A DNA stretch of 64,000 nucleotides. It comes from an uncultured delta proteobacterium (GTDB taxonomy: Bacteria; Myxococcota; Kuafuiibacteriia; Kuafuiibacteriales; Kuafuiibacteriaceae). The DNA lies in the NCBI GenBank assembly GCA_963803435.1, contig CAWDML010000011.1, positions 1 through 64,000 of the forward strand. Reading direction: 5' to 3'. Under the pieces are notes generated by a model that saw nothing but the letters and a program-made list of their open reading frames with translations, searched no databases and was not told the DNA's origin. Positions 62,970-64,000 of this stretch are shown piece by piece. The translations under genes and the position numbers were made by a program. Position 1 is the first letter of the stretch. Every line of letters begins with the position of its first letter.

Positions 62970-64000
62970 GTGAATCGGTCCTTCGAGGAAAGCTGGTACC
63001 TCCGCTTCCACGGCTTGATGCCGTTCCGGGTGCGGACGATCCTCCTGGTCTCCTCGCCGTACGACGCGTTCACCATGGAAGAGGACGGGGGCCTCATGAC
63101 CCGTCTCTTCCAGGAGTACTCCGAGCTCAACCTGTCGGAGCTACCGACCATCATCCGCGCCTACAACTCCGTCATGGCGATCGAGCTGCTGCGGAAGCGG
63201 AGGTTCGATCTGGTCATCACGATGGTGAACCTCCCCGACGGTGACGCGCTCAGCTTCGCCGCCGCCGTGAAGGCGGAGTTCCCGGCGCTCCCCCTGGTGC
63301 TCTTCGCCTTCACAGACGGAGAGCTGGCGCACTTCGGCACCCGCCCGGCCGGGTTCGACGCCGTCTTTCTCTGGACCGGAGATCCGAGCGTGCTGATCGC
63401 GGCGATCAAGCTGATCGAGGACAGCAGGAACCTCGACAACGACACGGCCTCCGGCGTGCGGGTGGTGGTGGTGGTCGAGGACTCGGTCCGCCACTACTCG
63501 ATGTTCCTCACGCTGCTCTATCTCGAGCTGATCCGACAGGCGGGTTCGCTGATGGCCGAGGGCATCAATGACCTGCACAAGCGCATGCGGATGCGCGCGC
63601 GTCCCAAGATCCTCCTGGCGGTCAACTTCGAGGAGGCGGTCCGCGCGCTCGAGGACAACCGCCACAACCTGCTCGCGGTGATCTCGGACGTTCGGTTTCC
63701 GCGCGGCGGTCAGATCGATCCGGAGGCGGGCTTCGAGCTGGTGGCCTGGGCGCGGCGCTTCACGATGCCCGACCTGCCGATCCTGCTCCAGTCCGCCGAG
63801 CCCGGTGCCGCGTCCAGGGCCGACCAGCTCGACGTCGCGTTCGCCAACAAGGGCTCGCCGAACATCCTCCGAAACATCCGCGACTTCCTGCGCGACGATC
63901 TCGGCTTCGGGGACTTCATCTTTCGTCTCCCGAATCGGGCGGAGGTCGGTCGCGCCAGCGACATGTACGAGATGGAGCACATCCTCCCCGAGATCCCGGA
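62970..64000 (+). CDS. N-terminal part of a receiver-like + PEP/pyruvate-binding (PEP-synthase-like) protein; runs off the window, absent from the ORF track
   Basis: GTG start 7 nt after the gdhA stop: MNRSFEESWYLRFHGLMPFRVRTILLVSSPYDAFTMEEDG..FDLVITM..FLWTGD..IKLIEDSRN..VEDSVRHYS..RMRARPKILL..ISDVRFPR..GFGDFIFR; open to 64000. Confidence 0.8.
   Translation, partial: MNRSFEESWYLRFHGLMPFRVRTILLVSSPYDAFTMEEDGGLMTRLFQEYSELNLSELPTIIRAYNSVMAIELLRKRRFDLVITMVNLPDGDALSFAAAVKAEFPALPLVLFAFTDGELAHFGTRPAGFDAVFLWTGDPSVLIAAIKLIEDSRNLDNDTASGVRVVVVVEDSVRHYSMFLTLLYLELIRQAGSLMAEGINDLHKRMRMRARPKILLAVNFEEAVRALEDNRHNLLAVISDVRFPRGGQIDPEAGFELVAWARRFTMPDLPILLQSAEPGAASRADQLDVAFANKGSPNILRNIRDFLRDDLGFGDFIFRLPNRAEVGRASDMYEMEHILPEIP

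Overview
The window is a composite of two genomes. Bases 1-~7745 are lower-GC and Planctomycete-like, with very dense indels: a PSD1/DUF1553 cytochrome-c protein, a DUF1559 prepilin plus lipoprotein, an AlgI-type MBOAT and a truncated VWA protein. At a shared GGAGAAC (7744-7750) this joins the 3' end of a wecB gene from a ~70% GC (by eye) Myxococcota-like chromosome, which fills the rest. That segment holds cysDN, fabH and an isc operon (iscS-U-A-hscB-hscA) led by a Cys-rich MerR regulator with paired palindromic operators instead of IscR. It continues with PpiC/HupE, a Ser/Thr kinase, an orphan pilP, an OM beta-barrel divergent from an ABC/LolA-like/barrel export cluster, and a ~1000-aa unknown membrane protein. 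Next come an ECF/FecR/Cys-repeat lipoprotein module, a hydrolase/PHP/symporter/porin cluster, two apparent pseudokinases, an S41 peptidase, an esterase, an ATP-dependent ligase, gdhA, and a receiver-like/PEP-synthase-family gene running off the edge. Scattered single-base frameshifts look like long-read consensus errors. No rRNA, tRNA, CRISPR array or transposase was recognised. The best candidates for a novel system are the MerR-controlled isc operon, the OMP + ABC/LolA cluster with its large membrane protein, and the gdhA partner gene. All family calls come from recalled motifs, not from searches.
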